In this document: positions 11,085 through 21,091 of the stretch, piece after piece
Layout: each line of letters opens with the position of its first letter
Numbering within the stretch: position 1 is the first letter of the stretch
Assembly (NCBI GenBank): GCA_963717935.1
Contig: CAVQXP010000004.1
Location: 1,952,001-2,016,000, forward strand
Length of the DNA stretch: 64,000 bases
Reading direction: 5' to 3'
Source of the DNA: Candidatus Eiseniibacteriota bacterium
Lineage (GTDB): Bacteria; Eisenbacteria; RBG-16-71-46
Translations under genes and position numbers: made by a program
Notes under the pieces: generated by a model
What the model was told of the DNA's origin: nothing
Databases searched by the model: none
The model's input: only the letters and a program-made list of their open reading frames with translations

Positions 11085-12561
11085 TCGGGCTGGAGTGCCA
11101 CATCCAGCTGCGTACCCGCGGGAAGATGTTCTGCGGCTGCCCGGCGGAGTTACGGCGCTGCGCCCGATACGAACGTCTGCCCGGTGTGCCTCGGCCTGCC
11201 GGGTGCGCTCCCGCGAGCGAACCACGCGGTGGTCGAGGCTGGCGCTGCGGCTCGGGCTGGCGCTGGGATGCGCGATCCGCGAGGAGCAGCGTCTTCGCGC
11301 GCAAGCACTACTTCTACCCGGATAGCCCGAAGGACTACCAGATCACGCAGTACGACCGGCCGTTCTGCGTGGGCGGGTCCCTGCCGGTGGACGTTGCAGG
11401 CGCGGAGCGCCGCTTCGAGCTGGAACGGCTTCACCTGGAGGAGGACACGGGGAAGTCGTCGCATCCGGTGCGCGCAGGCGATCGGCCGTTCTCGCTGGCT
11501 GGACTTCAACCGGGCGGGCGTGCCGCTGCTCGAGCTGGTGACGAAGCCCGTGTTCCGGGAGCCCGCTGAATGCGCCGCCTTCCTCGCGGCCCTGCGCCGG
11601 CTGGTGCGCTGGCTCGACGTCTCGGACGGAGACATGGAGAAGGGGCAGTTGCGCTGCGATGCGAACGTGAGCCTGCGGCCGGCGGGTGGTGCGGGGCTGG
11701 GGGTCAAGACCGAGCTGAAGAACCTGAACTCGATCCGGGGGGTCGAGAAGGGCCTCGTGGCCGAGATCGCCCGGCAGCGGCGGCTGCTGGAGGCGGGCGG
11801 GGAGGTCGAGCAGGCCACGTTGCTGTACGACGTCGAGCACGACCGCCTCGCGGTGTTGCGCTCGAAGGAGGAGCGCTCACGACTATCGCTACTTCCCCGA
11901 GCCGGACCTGCCGCTGCTGCGCGTGGAGGCGCCCGCGCTCGAGGCGGCGCGCGCGGGGCTGCCCGAGCTGCCGTGGGCGCGCGCGTCGCGCCTGGTCGCG
12001 CGATACGGGCTGTCCGCGCACGATGCCTCGGTGCTCTGCGGACAGCGGGAGCTCGCGGACTACTTCGAGGCCTGCGCCGCGGTCGCGGAAGGCAGGCTGT
12101 CCGGCAACTGGGTGATGACGGAGGTGCTGCGCGTGCTGCGCGAGCGCGGTGGCTCGATCGCGGACTTCGCGGCCCGCGTGCCGGCGGTCCGGCTGGGTGG
12201 CCTCGTCGCGCGGGTGGCCGCGAAGGAGATGCCCGGGGCCGCTCGCGAAGCAGGTCTTCGGGTGGATGCTGGAGGAAGCGGGCGGGGTGGACGAGCTCCT
12301 CGCCGCGCCACGGCGTCCGCGCGATGGGCGCCGCGACCGATCTGCGGCCCGCTCGTGCTGGAAGTGCTCGCGGAGCACGACGGGGCGGTGGCGCAGGTGC
12401 CGGCCGGGAACTCGCGGACGTTCGACTTCCTGGTCGGCCAGGTCATGAAGAAGAGCCGTGGGCAGGCGGCGCCGCAGGTGGTGCAGGGACTGCTCGCGGC
12501 AGAGCTGGCGCGGCGCGCCGCCGGCGACGCCCCGGACCGCGTCGGGGGGGGCGGTCCTTGA
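11066..12561 (+). CDS. gatB: Amidotransferase subunit B (several frameshifts)
   Basis: [69 protein letters not shown] and LVGQVMKKSRG across frames. Confidence 0.9.
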
Positions 12562-12587
12562 CCCTCGCGCGACGCGCTGGATAGAGT
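12558..12587 (+). promoter_or_regulatory. Putative sigma70 promoter for purD (possibly leaderless)
   Basis: TTGACC-N18-TAGAGT; the ATG begins 7 nt after the -10 box. Confidence 0.55.
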
Positions 12588-12593
12588 CGCCGG

Positions 12594-13953
12594 ATGGACG
12601 TTCGCCGCATCCTCGTCGTCGGCTCGGGCGGGCGCGAGCACGCGCTGGCCTGGCGTCTCGCCCGGGACCCGGAGACCACGGAGGTGCTCGTGGCCCCCGG
12701 GAACGAGGCGATGGAGGATGTCGCGCGGCGCCTGCCGGAACTGGCGCTGGACGGCCCGGCGGTCGTCGCAGCCTGTCGTCGCGAGCGCGTGGACCTCGTG
12801 GTGATCGGTCCGGAGGCGCCTCTGGCCGCGGGGCTTGCCGATGAGCTGGGCGCTGCCGGCGTGGCTCGTGTACGGCCCGGGACGCGAGGCCGCACGCCTC
12901 GAGTCGAGCAAGTGGTTCGCGAAAGGCGTGATGCGCGAGGCCGGCACGCCGACGGCGGCAGCGGACGCCTTCAGCGCCTTCGAGCCGGCGCGCCGGGCGC
13001 TCGGGCGCTCCGGCCCGCCGTGGGTGATCAAGGCGGACGGGCTCGCAGCCGGCAAGGGCGTGTGTGTGACCGTGGAGCGCGCCGAGGCGGAGGCCTTCCT
13101 GGCGGACTGCTTCGAGGCGGGGCGCTTCGGTGAGAGCGGTCGCCGGGTGCTGATCGAGGAGTTCCTCGAAGGCGAGGAGGCCTCGGTGATGGCGGTATGC
13201 GACGGGCGCGATTTCGTCCTGCTGCCGGCGGCGCGCGACTACAAGCGGGCCTTCGACGGCGACCGGGGCCCGAACACCGGGGGCATGGGAGCGTATGCGC
13301 CCAGTGAGTGGGTGGACGCGGCGCTCGAGGACGGGGTCGGGCGCGGGATCGTCACGCCCGTGCTCGAGACTCTGAGACGGCGCGGGACGCCGTTCCACGG
13401 TACGTTGTATTGTGGTCTGATGCTGACGGGGGACGGGCCGCGCGTGGTGGAATTCAACGTCCGCTTCGGGGACCCGGAGACGGAGGTCGTGCTGCCACTG
13501 GTGGAGGGTGCGCTCGGGCGCCTGCTGGCGAGCGCCGCGCGTGGCGCCCTCGATCACGGTGCGGTGACACGCGGCCGGGGCAGTGTGGTGGCCGTGGCGC
13601 TCGCGGACGCGGGTTACCCGGACGTCGTGCGGGGGGGCGGGCGGATCACGGGACTGGGGGGCCTGCGGGGCCGGGAAGACGTGATGGTCTTCCACGCGGG
13701 GACCCGGCGCCTGGGCGAGGAGTGGCAGGTGGTGGGGGGGCGGGCGGTGTACGTGGTCGCGCGCTCCGCCACGCGCGAGGAGGCGCGGGCGCGCGTGTAT
13801 GGAGCGCTCGCGGGACTGGGTGGCTCCGGCTGGCGCGTGCGCGGTGACATCGCGACGGTGCCCGGCGTGGTCCCCACCGGACACCCGCTGCAGGCGGACG
13901 GCGGGCCGGCGCTTCAGTCCGGCCCTGGAAGGAGAATCGATGGCGGTGCGTGA
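12594..13953 (+). CDS. purD: Phosphoribosylamine-glycine ligase (frameshift near 12860)
   Basis: GSGGREHALAW, VIGPEAPL, LESSKWFAK, KADGLAAGKGV, GPNTGGMG, EFNVRFGDPE. Confidence 0.93.
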
Positions 13954-14443
13954 GCGGAAGCGGCGGGGCCGGGGCGTCGGCGTGGTGATGGGCAGCGAGT
14001 CGGACCGGCCGACGATGGAAGAGGCCGCGCGGGTGCTGGCGGAGTTCGGCGTGCCCTGCGAGGTGGCGGTGTATTCGGCGCACCGGGCCCCGGAAGCGAC
14101 GGCGCGTTGGGCCCGTGAGGCGCGCGGCCGCGGCCTGCGCGTGATCATCGCCGGGGCGGGCGGGGCGGCGCACCTGGCGGGGACCGTCGCGGCCCATACC
14201 CGCCTGCCGGTCCTGGGCGTGCCGCTGGCGACCTCGCCGCTGGGGGGGTTCGACGCGCTGCTCGCGACGGTGCAGATGCCCCCGGGCGTGCCGGTGGGCA
14301 CGCTGGGAGTGGGCGCGTGGGGCGCAAGGAACGCCGCGCACCTGGCGCTGCGCATCCTGGCGCTCGAGGACGCGGCCCTGGCGCGGCGGATCGAGGCGCA
14401 CGCGGTCGCGCTGTCACGGCCCGCTTCGCGGCGCGGAGGATGA
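13940..14443 (+). CDS. purE: N5-CAIR mutase / AIR carboxylase catalytic subunit
   Basis: VMGSESD, SAHRAPE, IAGAGGAAHLAG, QMPPGVPV. Confidence 0.95.
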   Translation: MAVRERKRRGRGVGVVMGSESDRPTMEEAARVLAEFGVPCEVAVYSAHRAPEATARWAREARGRGLRVIIAGAGGAAHLAGTVAAHTRLPVLGVPLATSPLGGFDALLATVQMPPGVPVGTLGVGAWGARNAAHLALRILALEDAALARRIEAHAVALSRPASRRGG

Positions 14444-15102
14444 GCATGGAGGTCCTGCGGATCGACCCGGAGCACCCTGACGAAATCGCGCTGATCCGCA
14501 CCGCGGAGGAGGTGCTTCGCGGGGGGATCGTGGCGTTCCCGACCGATACGACGTACGGACTCGGCTGCTCGCTCTTCGACACGGACGCGGTGGAGATGCT
14601 GACGCGGATCAAGCGGCGCGACCGGGCCACGCCTTCATCTCGCTCATCCCGGAGCCGCTGCAGGCGTGGGGGCTGGGGGCGGCGGTGAGCGCCGTGGCGG
14701 AGCGCCTCATCGAGCGCTACTGGCCCGGGCCGCTGTCACTGATCTTCCGGGCCTCGCCGCTGGTGCCGGTGCGCGTGCTCGGACGCGGCGGCACGATCGC
14801 CCTGCGCTGTCCGAAGGACACGCTGTGCCAGCGGATCCTCGAGCGCATCGGTGGACCGGTCGTCTCCTCCAGCGCCAACCTCTCGGGCGAGTCGCCCGGC
14901 GGAGAGTGCCGCGGAGGTGGTGGCCGTGTTCGGAAACCAGCTCGACCTGGTGCTGGATGGTGGCCCGCGGCACGCGCGGCCGCCGTCGACGCTGGTGGAC
15001 GTGAGCGGCGAGCGGCCGCGCCTGATGCGGCGTGGCGCCCTCGATGTGACCGCGGAGCTTGGCGCATTCGACGACGTGACAGGGGAAGCGACCGGGGCGT
15101 AG
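14440..15102 (+). CDS. tsaC: Threonylcarbamoyl-AMP synthase, YrdC/TsaC (frameshifts)
   Basis: VAFPTDTTYGLG, IKRR, YWPGPLS, SSSANLSG and PSTLVD across frames. Confidence 0.88.
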
Positions 15103-15163
15103 GCGCGCGGCTCCGGGGACACGGCCGGGCGCGGTCGAAGCGGGGCGCCCCGGTGCGGAAGGT

Positions 15164-15192
15164 TTGACCGCCCGTCGCACCACGCCTATGCT
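15164..15192 (+). promoter_or_regulatory. Putative sigma70 promoter for the LMW phosphatase gene
   Basis: TTGACC-N17-TATGCT, 8 nt before ATG 15201. Confidence 0.55.
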
Positions 15193-15200
15193 CCACCGCG

Positions 15201-15692
15201 ATGCCGTCCCGCGATGTGCCTTTCCGCCTGGTCTTGCTGTGCACGGGCAATACGTGTCGCAGCCCGCTGGCTGCGGCGGCGTTCCGCGAGGAATTGGGGC
15301 CCGATGCGGACCGGGTCGAGGTGGTGTCCGCGGGCACGGCGGCGTGGGACGGGCAGCCGGCCAGCGCGGGAGCGGACGAGGTGGCCGCGCGGGCCGGGCT
15401 CGACCTGACGGCCCATCGTTCGCGGCGGGCCGACGCCGACCTCCTGCGCGGCGCCGACCTGATCCTCGTCATGGAGCGTGAACATGCGCGCGCGGCGGAG
15501 GCTCTGGGCGCCGATCCGCGCCGTACCCACGTATTGTCCGAGTGGCCGGAGCCGGGCGAGCCGGCGCTCGCCCTGTTCGACCCGTTCGGGGGTTCGTTGG
15601 AAGCGTACGAAGAGTGTCTGGGCCGGATTCGGCGTCATGTCCGCCGCATCGTGCCGCACATCCGCGAAGCGTTGCGGTCGCGGACGGCCTGA
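15201..15692 (+). CDS. ywlE: Low-molecular-weight protein phosphatase, YwlE-type arginine phosphatase
   Basis: CTGNTCRSPLA P-loop, SAGT, DLILVME, DPFGG; position between tsaC and rpiB-glyA as in Bacillus. Confidence 0.75.
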   Translation: MPSRDVPFRLVLLCTGNTCRSPLAAAAFREELGPDADRVEVVSAGTAAWDGQPASAGADEVAARAGLDLTAHRSRRADADLLRGADLILVMEREHARAAEALGADPRRTHVLSEWPEPGEPALALFDPFGGSLEAYEECLGRIRRHVRRIVPHIREALRSRTA

Positions 15693-15723
15693 ATCCCGTG
15701 CCGCACATCCCGTGAGGTGAGCC

Positions 15724-16674
15724 ATGCCGATGACGAAAGCGAAGAGCATCTGGATGAACGGGGAGCTGGTGCCCTGGGACGACGCGAAGGTCCACGTCCT
15801 GACGCATGCACTGCACTACGCCTCGAGCGTGTTCGAGGGCATTCGGGCGTACCAGACGCCGAAAGGCCCGGCCATCTTCCGGCTTGAGGAGCACATCGAC
15901 CGGTTGATGTTCTCGGCGCGGGTCTACCGGATGGAGCAGGAGCTGTCCTTCACGCGTGACCAGATTCGTGACGCCTGTCTCAAGACCGTGGCGGTGAACG
16001 ATTTGAAGGACTGCTACGTCCGTCCGCTCATCTACCGCAGCTACGAGCACATGGGCGTGAACCCGTTCGGCAACCCGGTGCATGTCTGCGTGGCCGCCTT
16101 CGTCTGGGGCCAGTACCTCGGCAAGGACGCGCTCGAGAAGGGCAGCTCGGTCAAGGTCGGCACCTGGCACCGCCTGGCGCCGAATACGCTGCCGGTCATG
16201 GTCAAGGCCTCCGCCAACTACATGAACTCGCAGCTTCTCAAGATGGAGGCCGTGGTCGAGGGCTACGACGAGGCCATCGCCCTCGACGTGAACGGGTACG
16301 TGAGCGAGGGCAGCGCGGCGAACGTCTTCGCCGTGGTCAAGGGCGAGATCCTGACCCCGCTGCTGGCGAACAGCGTCCTGGCGGGCATCACGCGCGACAG
16401 CGTCATCACGCTGGCGCGCGAGCTGGGCTACACCGTGCGGGAGCAGTCCCTGCCGCGCGAGATGCTCTACCTGGCAGAGGAGCTCTTCTACAGCGGCACG
16501 GCCGTCGAGGTGACGCCGATCACGTCGGTGGACAAGATTCCCGTGGGCAAGGGCACGGTGGGCCCGATCACGAAGGCGCTGCAGCGCGCCTACTTCTCCG
16601 AGGTGCGGGGCGAAGTGCCCGACCGGCACGGGTGGCTCACCGTGGTCGGCCAGGGCGTGGGCGCGGCGCGCTGA
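15724..16674 (+). CDS. ilvE: Branched-chain amino acid aminotransferase
   Basis: THALHYASSVFEGIRAY, KASANY, SEGSAANVF, LAGITRDSV, GTAVEVTPI. Confidence 0.95.
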   Translation: MPMTKAKSIWMNGELVPWDDAKVHVLTHALHYASSVFEGIRAYQTPKGPAIFRLEEHIDRLMFSARVYRMEQELSFTRDQIRDACLKTVAVNDLKDCYVRPLIYRSYEHMGVNPFGNPVHVCVAAFVWGQYLGKDALEKGSSVKVGTWHRLAPNTLPVMVKASANYMNSQLLKMEAVVEGYDEAIALDVNGYVSEGSAANVFAVVKGEILTPLLANSVLAGITRDSVITLARELGYTVREQSLPREMLYLAEELFYSGTAVEVTPITSVDKIPVGKGTVGPITKALQRAYFSEVRGEVPDRHGWLTVVGQGVGAAR

Positions 16675-16696
16675 GGCGCCGGTTCGAGGGGGCTGC

Positions 16697-17155
16697 ATGA
16701 AGATCGCGATCGGTACCGACCACGCGGGCTATGAGCTGAAGGAGCGCCTCAAGCGCGAGCTCGCGGGCCTGGGCCACGACGTGCTGGACGTGGGCACCGC
16801 CGCTGCCCTTCCGCCCGTGGACTACCCCGACTACTGCTTCCCGGTGGGGGAGTTGGTGGCGCACGGCGAGGTGGACCGCGGGGTCGTGCTGGGTGGGAGC
16901 GGGATCGGCGAGGCGATCGCGGCGAACAAGGTGGCGGGGGTGCGCGCGGCCCTCGTCACCAGCGACGAAACCGCGCGGCTGACCCGCGAGCACAACGATT
17001 CGAACGTCATGGCGGTGGGGGCCCGGACCAACCGACACGACGACGCCGTGCGCTGGCTGCGCATCTGGCTTGAGACCCCCTTCGAGGGCGGGCGGCATGC
17101 CCCGCGTCTCGACAAGATCCGGACGTACGAAGACCTCCACTGGAGGAGCCGCTAG
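16697..17155 (+). CDS. rpiB: Ribose-5-phosphate isomerase B
   Basis: [37 protein letters not shown]. Confidence 0.95.
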   Translation: MKIAIGTDHAGYELKERLKRELAGLGHDVLDVGTAAALPPVDYPDYCFPVGELVAHGEVDRGVVLGGSGIGEAIAANKVAGVRAALVTSDETARLTREHNDSNVMAVGARTNRHDDAVRWLRIWLETPFEGGRHAPRLDKIRTYEDLHWRSR

Positions 17156-17160
17156 GCGCC

Positions 17161-18431
17161 ATGTCATCACTGCACGAGCAGGACCCCGCCATCTTCGACG
17201 CGATCCAGAACGAGCGCCGACCGCCAGCTCACGCACCCTCGAGCTCATCGCGTCCGAGAACTTCGTGAGCGACGCCGTACTCGAGGCGATGGGCTCGGTC
17301 ATGACCAACAAGTACGCCGAGGGCCTGCCGCGCAAGCGCTACTACGGTGGCTGCGAGTTCGTGGACGTGGCGGAGGATCTGGCGCGTGACCGCGTGAAGC
17401 AGCTGTTCGCCGCCGAGCACGCCAACGTGCAGGCCCACTCGGGCGCGTCGGCGAACATGGCGGCCTACCTGGCGGTGTCGAAGCCGGGTGACACGCTCCT
17501 GGGCATGAGCCTGGCGCACGGTGGGCACCTCACGCACGGGCATCCGGTCTCGTATACCGGGCAGCTGTGGAAGTCGGTCCAGTACGGCGTGCGCCCCGAG
17601 GACGGGCGCATCGACTACGACCAGGTCGAAGCCCTCGCCCGGGAGCACCGGCCGCGGATCATCGTGGCGGGCGCCAGCGCCTACCCGCGGGTCATCGATT
17701 TCGCGCGGTTCGGGGCGATCGCGCAGGAGGTGGGGGCGAGCCTGGTCGTGGACATGGCCCACATCGCCGGACTGGTGGCCGTCGGGCTGCATCCCAGCCC
17801 GGTGGCGCACGCGGACCTGGTCACCAGCACGACGCACAAGACGATGCGCGGGCCGCGCGGGGGCTTCGTGCTGGCCAAGGCCGCGCTGCTCGAGAAGCTC
17901 GACAAGAGCGTGTTCCCGGGGTTGCAGGGCGGACCGCTCATGCACGTCATCGCGGGCAAGGCCGTGTGCTTCGGGGAGGCGCTCACGCCCGGTTTCGAGC
18001 GGTACCAGCGGCGCGTGCTGGAGAACGCGAAGGCACTGGCGCAGCGGCTGCTCGAGCGCGGCATCGAACTGGTGTCGGGTGGCACGGACAACCACCTGAT
18101 GCTGCTGGACCTGAGGAAGCGCGGTCTCACCGGCAAGATCGCCGAAGAGGCGCTGCACCGGGCCCGCATCACCGTCAACAAGAACGCGGTGCCCGACGAT
18201 CCGCAGAAGCCATGGGTCACGAGCGGCGTGCGCATCGGCACCCCTGCGCTGACCACGCGCGGGTTCGGGGTGGCGGAGATGGGGGTCATCGGGGACTGCA
18301 TCGCGCGGGTGCTGGAGAAGCCGGACGACGCGGCGGTGGGGGCGGCCGTGGAGAAGGAAGTGCTCGAGCTGTGCTCGGGCTTCCCGCTGTTCTCCTGGGA
18401 CCCGGTGGAGCGCCCGGGCAGGACGGGATAG
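17161..18431 (+). CDS. glyA: Serine hydroxymethyltransferase (frameshift near 17220)
   Basis: [15 protein letters not shown], then [43 protein letters not shown]. Confidence 0.96.
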
Positions 18432-18456
18432 CGCGGGGGGCTGGTGCGGCTCGGGG

Positions 18457-18491
18457 CGGGTCCCGGGGGGGGAACCCCCAGGGACCCGTTT
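18457..18491 (+). terminator. GC-rich hairpin after glyA, possible intrinsic terminator
   Basis: CGGGTCCC-G-run-AA-CCCCCA-GGGACCCG followed by a short TTT tract. Confidence 0.5.
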
Positions 18492-18620
18492 CGTGCAGGG
18501 TGAAGGGCGATGCGCGTCAGGATGCATTGGGTGCGGGCGGGGGGCGTCGAAGCGGCCTGAGGCTCCGGTCAGTAGCCGTTGCCCCGCAATGGGTTGTCGG
18601 ACGCGGGGGACAGGGCGGGG

Positions 18621-18636
18621 TGGCACCGTTCCTGCA
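18621..18636 (+). promoter_or_regulatory. Putative sigma54 (-24/-12) promoter
   Basis: TGGCACcgttccTGCA with exact GG-N10-GC spacing, in a 295-bp intergenic region. Confidence 0.55.
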
Positions 18637-18726
18637 ATTTCCGCGAGCGTGCGACTCCGCCTTGCTTCCTGCACCGTGTTCGTCGAGTCACCGCGCGCGT
18701 GGGCTCTGGCGTGCCAGTACCCGTGG

Positions 18727-19068
18727 ATGTTCGCCGGCGAGTACCTGCATCGGGCGGGGCTGCATGCCTTCTCCGCCGGGGACCATGAGACCGCCGTCAG
18801 TCTCTTCGAGGGGGCGGCCCTGCGCTACCGGGACGCGCTCAAGACGGAGCCCCTGGCGCGGGTGCGCGTGCACCAGCTCATGGCCCGTGCCTGTGCCGCC
18901 GGCGGGTGGATCAGCCCGCTGTCGCTCGAGGTGGACCGGGCGCTCACGCGACTCGAGCGGATCGAGTCGCCGGAACCGCCGTTCGCCCTCGTGCCGGCCC
19001 ACGTCCTGCTCGCGAGCTGGCTCAAGGGCGCCGAGACCGTGGCGGACGCGGAGCGGCTCGCGGCCTGA
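18727..19068 (+). CDS. Hypothetical helical (TPR-like) protein; start uncertain (18649, 18676 or 18727)
   Basis: High-GC3 codons from about 18727; YLHRAGLHAFSAGDHETAVSLFEGA helix pattern; ends ERLAA. Confidence 0.6.
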   Translation: MFAGEYLHRAGLHAFSAGDHETAVSLFEGAALRYRDALKTEPLARVRVHQLMARACAAGGWISPLSLEVDRALTRLERIESPEPPFALVPAHVLLASWLKGAETVADAERLAA

Positions 19069-19122
19069 AGCTCCGCCCGGGGGCGTCCCGAGAGCGCGCT
19101 CTGTGCCCTCCGCGTGCTCGGA

Positions 19123-19150
19123 TTGAACTCGTCCGCCGCTCCGATATACT
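19123..19150 (+). promoter_or_regulatory. Putative sigma70 promoter of the moxR/bat operon
   Basis: TTGAAC-N16-TATACT. Confidence 0.5.
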
Positions 19151-19219
19151 GCGCGTGCCGGCTGTCGCGGTCTGGAGACGGCCCGATCGCTGCTTCGCAC
19201 GTGCCCTGGAGGAGCCCGC

Positions 19220-20206
19220 ATGACGGTGGACATGAAGGAGGCCGCGCGCCGCGTCGAGCGCGCCGGCGAGACCCTCCAGCGCGTCCGTGAGGAGGTGGGG
19301 CGCGCGGTGGTGGGCCAGCGCCAGATGGTGGACCGGCTCCTCGTGGGCCTGGTCACAGGCGGCCACGTGCTGCTGGAGGGAGTGCCCGGGCTGGCCAAGA
19401 CGCTCGCGGTGAAGAGCCTCGCGGACGCGCTGGCGATCCGGTTCCGCCGCATCCAGTTCACGCCGGACCTCCTGCCCGCCGATCTCACGGGGACGCTCAT
19501 CTACAACCCTCGAGACGGTTCCTTCACGGCCAAGCGCGGACCGCTGTTCGCGAATCTGGTGCTCGCCGACGAGATCAACCGCGCCCCGGCCAAGGTGCAA
19601 TCGGCACTGCTCGAAGCCATGCAGGAACGGCAGGTGACGCTGGGCGACGAGAGCCATCGGCTCGAGGAGCCGTTCCTCGTCATGGCGACCCAGAACCCGA
19701 TCGAGCAGGAGGGGACGTACGCGCTGCCCGAGGCGCAGAGCGACCGCTTCATGCTCAAGGTCAAGATCGGCTATCCCGAGCGCGAGCAGGAGAAGGAGAT
19801 CCTGCGCCGTGTGGGGCTCGCCGAGTTGCCCGCGCTCGAGCCCCGCGCCGGACGCGAGGACGTGCTCGAGGCACGGGGCGCCCTGGCCTCGATCTACGTG
19901 GACGACAAGATCCAGGAGTACGTCCTCGATCTCGTGACCGCCACCCGGCGGCCGCGCGACTTCGGCCTGGCGCTGGACAGCCTCATCGCGTTCGGCGCCT
20001 CGCCCCGCGCCACGCTCTTCCTGGTTCGCGGCGCACAGGCGCTGGCGCTGCTCGCGGCGCGGCCCTACGTGCTGCCCGAGGACGTGAAGGGCATCGCCCC
20101 CGACGTGCTGCGCCACCGCATCCATGTCTCGTACGAGGCGGAGGCCGAGGGCGTCGACGGTGAGGAGGTCGCGCGCCGGATCCTCGAACAGGTGCGCGTG
20201 CCCTAG
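19220..20206 (+). CDS. moxR: MoxR-family AAA+ ATPase
   Basis: HVLLEGVPGLAKT, RIQFTPDLLPAD, DEINRAPAKVQSALLEAMQE, ATQNPIEQEGTY. Confidence 0.95.
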   Translation: MTVDMKEAARRVERAGETLQRVREEVGRAVVGQRQMVDRLLVGLVTGGHVLLEGVPGLAKTLAVKSLADALAIRFRRIQFTPDLLPADLTGTLIYNPRDGSFTAKRGPLFANLVLADEINRAPAKVQSALLEAMQERQVTLGDESHRLEEPFLVMATQNPIEQEGTYALPEAQSDRFMLKVKIGYPEREQEKEILRRVGLAELPALEPRAGREDVLEARGALASIYVDDKIQEYVLDLVTATRRPRDFGLALDSLIAFGASPRATLFLVRGAQALALLAARPYVLPEDVKGIAPDVLRHRIHVSYEAEAEGVDGEEVARRILEQVRVP

Positions 20207-20209
20207 CGT

Positions 20210-21091
20210 ATGCAGACTGCCGAGCTGCTGCGAAAGGTCCGGCGGCTCGAGATCCGCAGCCGGCATCTGGTCGCGGATCTCTTCGCGGGGAACGCCGAGA
20301 GCGTCTTCAAGGGGCGGGGCATGGAGTTCGAGGAGGTGCGCCGCTACGTCCCCGGGGACGAGGTGCGCGACATCGACTGGAACGTCACCGCCCGCTTCGG
20401 GGAGCCGTTCGTCAAACGCTTCGTCGAGGAGCGCGAACTCACCGTCGTACTGGTCGTGGACGTGTCACGCTCGATGCGTTTCAGCAGCGCGGAGGTCGAG
20501 AAGCGCGAACTGGCGGCCGAGCTGTGCGCGGTGCTGGGCTTCGCGGCCCAGCGGCACAACGACCGGGTGTCGCTGCTGCTCGTGGGGCGCCGGGTCGAGC
20601 ACTTCGTTCCGCCGGGCCGGGGACGCTCGCACGTGCTGCGGCTGCTGCGCGACGTGCTGGGCGCCGAGGCCCGGCCGGGCCCGGCGGGCACCCGCGAGGC
20701 CGCGCACTTCCTCCTGCGCACCGCGCGCCGGCACAGCGTGGTCTTCTGGATCTCGGACTTCGAAGACCCGCTCGACACGCGCGACTGGCGGGTGCTGGCG
20801 CGCCGCCACGACGTGACGGCCCTGCTGTTGCGGGATGCGCGCGACGAGTTGCTGCCGGCCGTGGGCTGGGTGGAGATCGAAGACCTCGAGACGGGGGAGC
20901 GGCGGCTCGTGGACAGCGGGGACCGGCGGACGCGCGAGCGCTACCAGCGCGAGGGCGCCCAGCGCCTGCGTGCCGTGAGCGGCGCGCTTGCGCAGGCCCG
21001 GTGCCCGCTGCTGGTGCTCCAGACCGGACGGCCCTGGCTGCCGGTGCTGATGCGGTACTTCAGTCAGCGGCGCCGGGGGAGGCGCGGATGA
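20210..21091 (+). CDS. DUF58 domain protein
   Basis: FKGRGMEFEEVRRYVPGDEVRDIDWNVTAR, EERELT, DVSRSM, ISDF. Confidence 0.92.
   Translation: MQTAELLRKVRRLEIRSRHLVADLFAGNAESVFKGRGMEFEEVRRYVPGDEVRDIDWNVTARFGEPFVKRFVEERELTVVLVVDVSRSMRFSSAEVEKRELAAELCAVLGFAAQRHNDRVSLLLVGRRVEHFVPPGRGRSHVLRLLRDVLGAEARPGPAGTREAAHFLLRTARRHSVVFWISDFEDPLDTRDWRVLARRHDVTALLLRDARDELLPAVGWVEIEDLETGERRLVDSGDRRTRERYQREGAQRLRAVSGALAQARCPLLVLQTGRPWLPVLMRYFSQRRRGRRG

Noticed and set aside
9594..12561. gatA and gatB (and other broken genes) as pseudogenes or programmed frameshifts
   Set aside because: The genes are essential with intact motifs, and the breaks are scattered with no consistent slippery sites. Sequencing error is more parsimonious.
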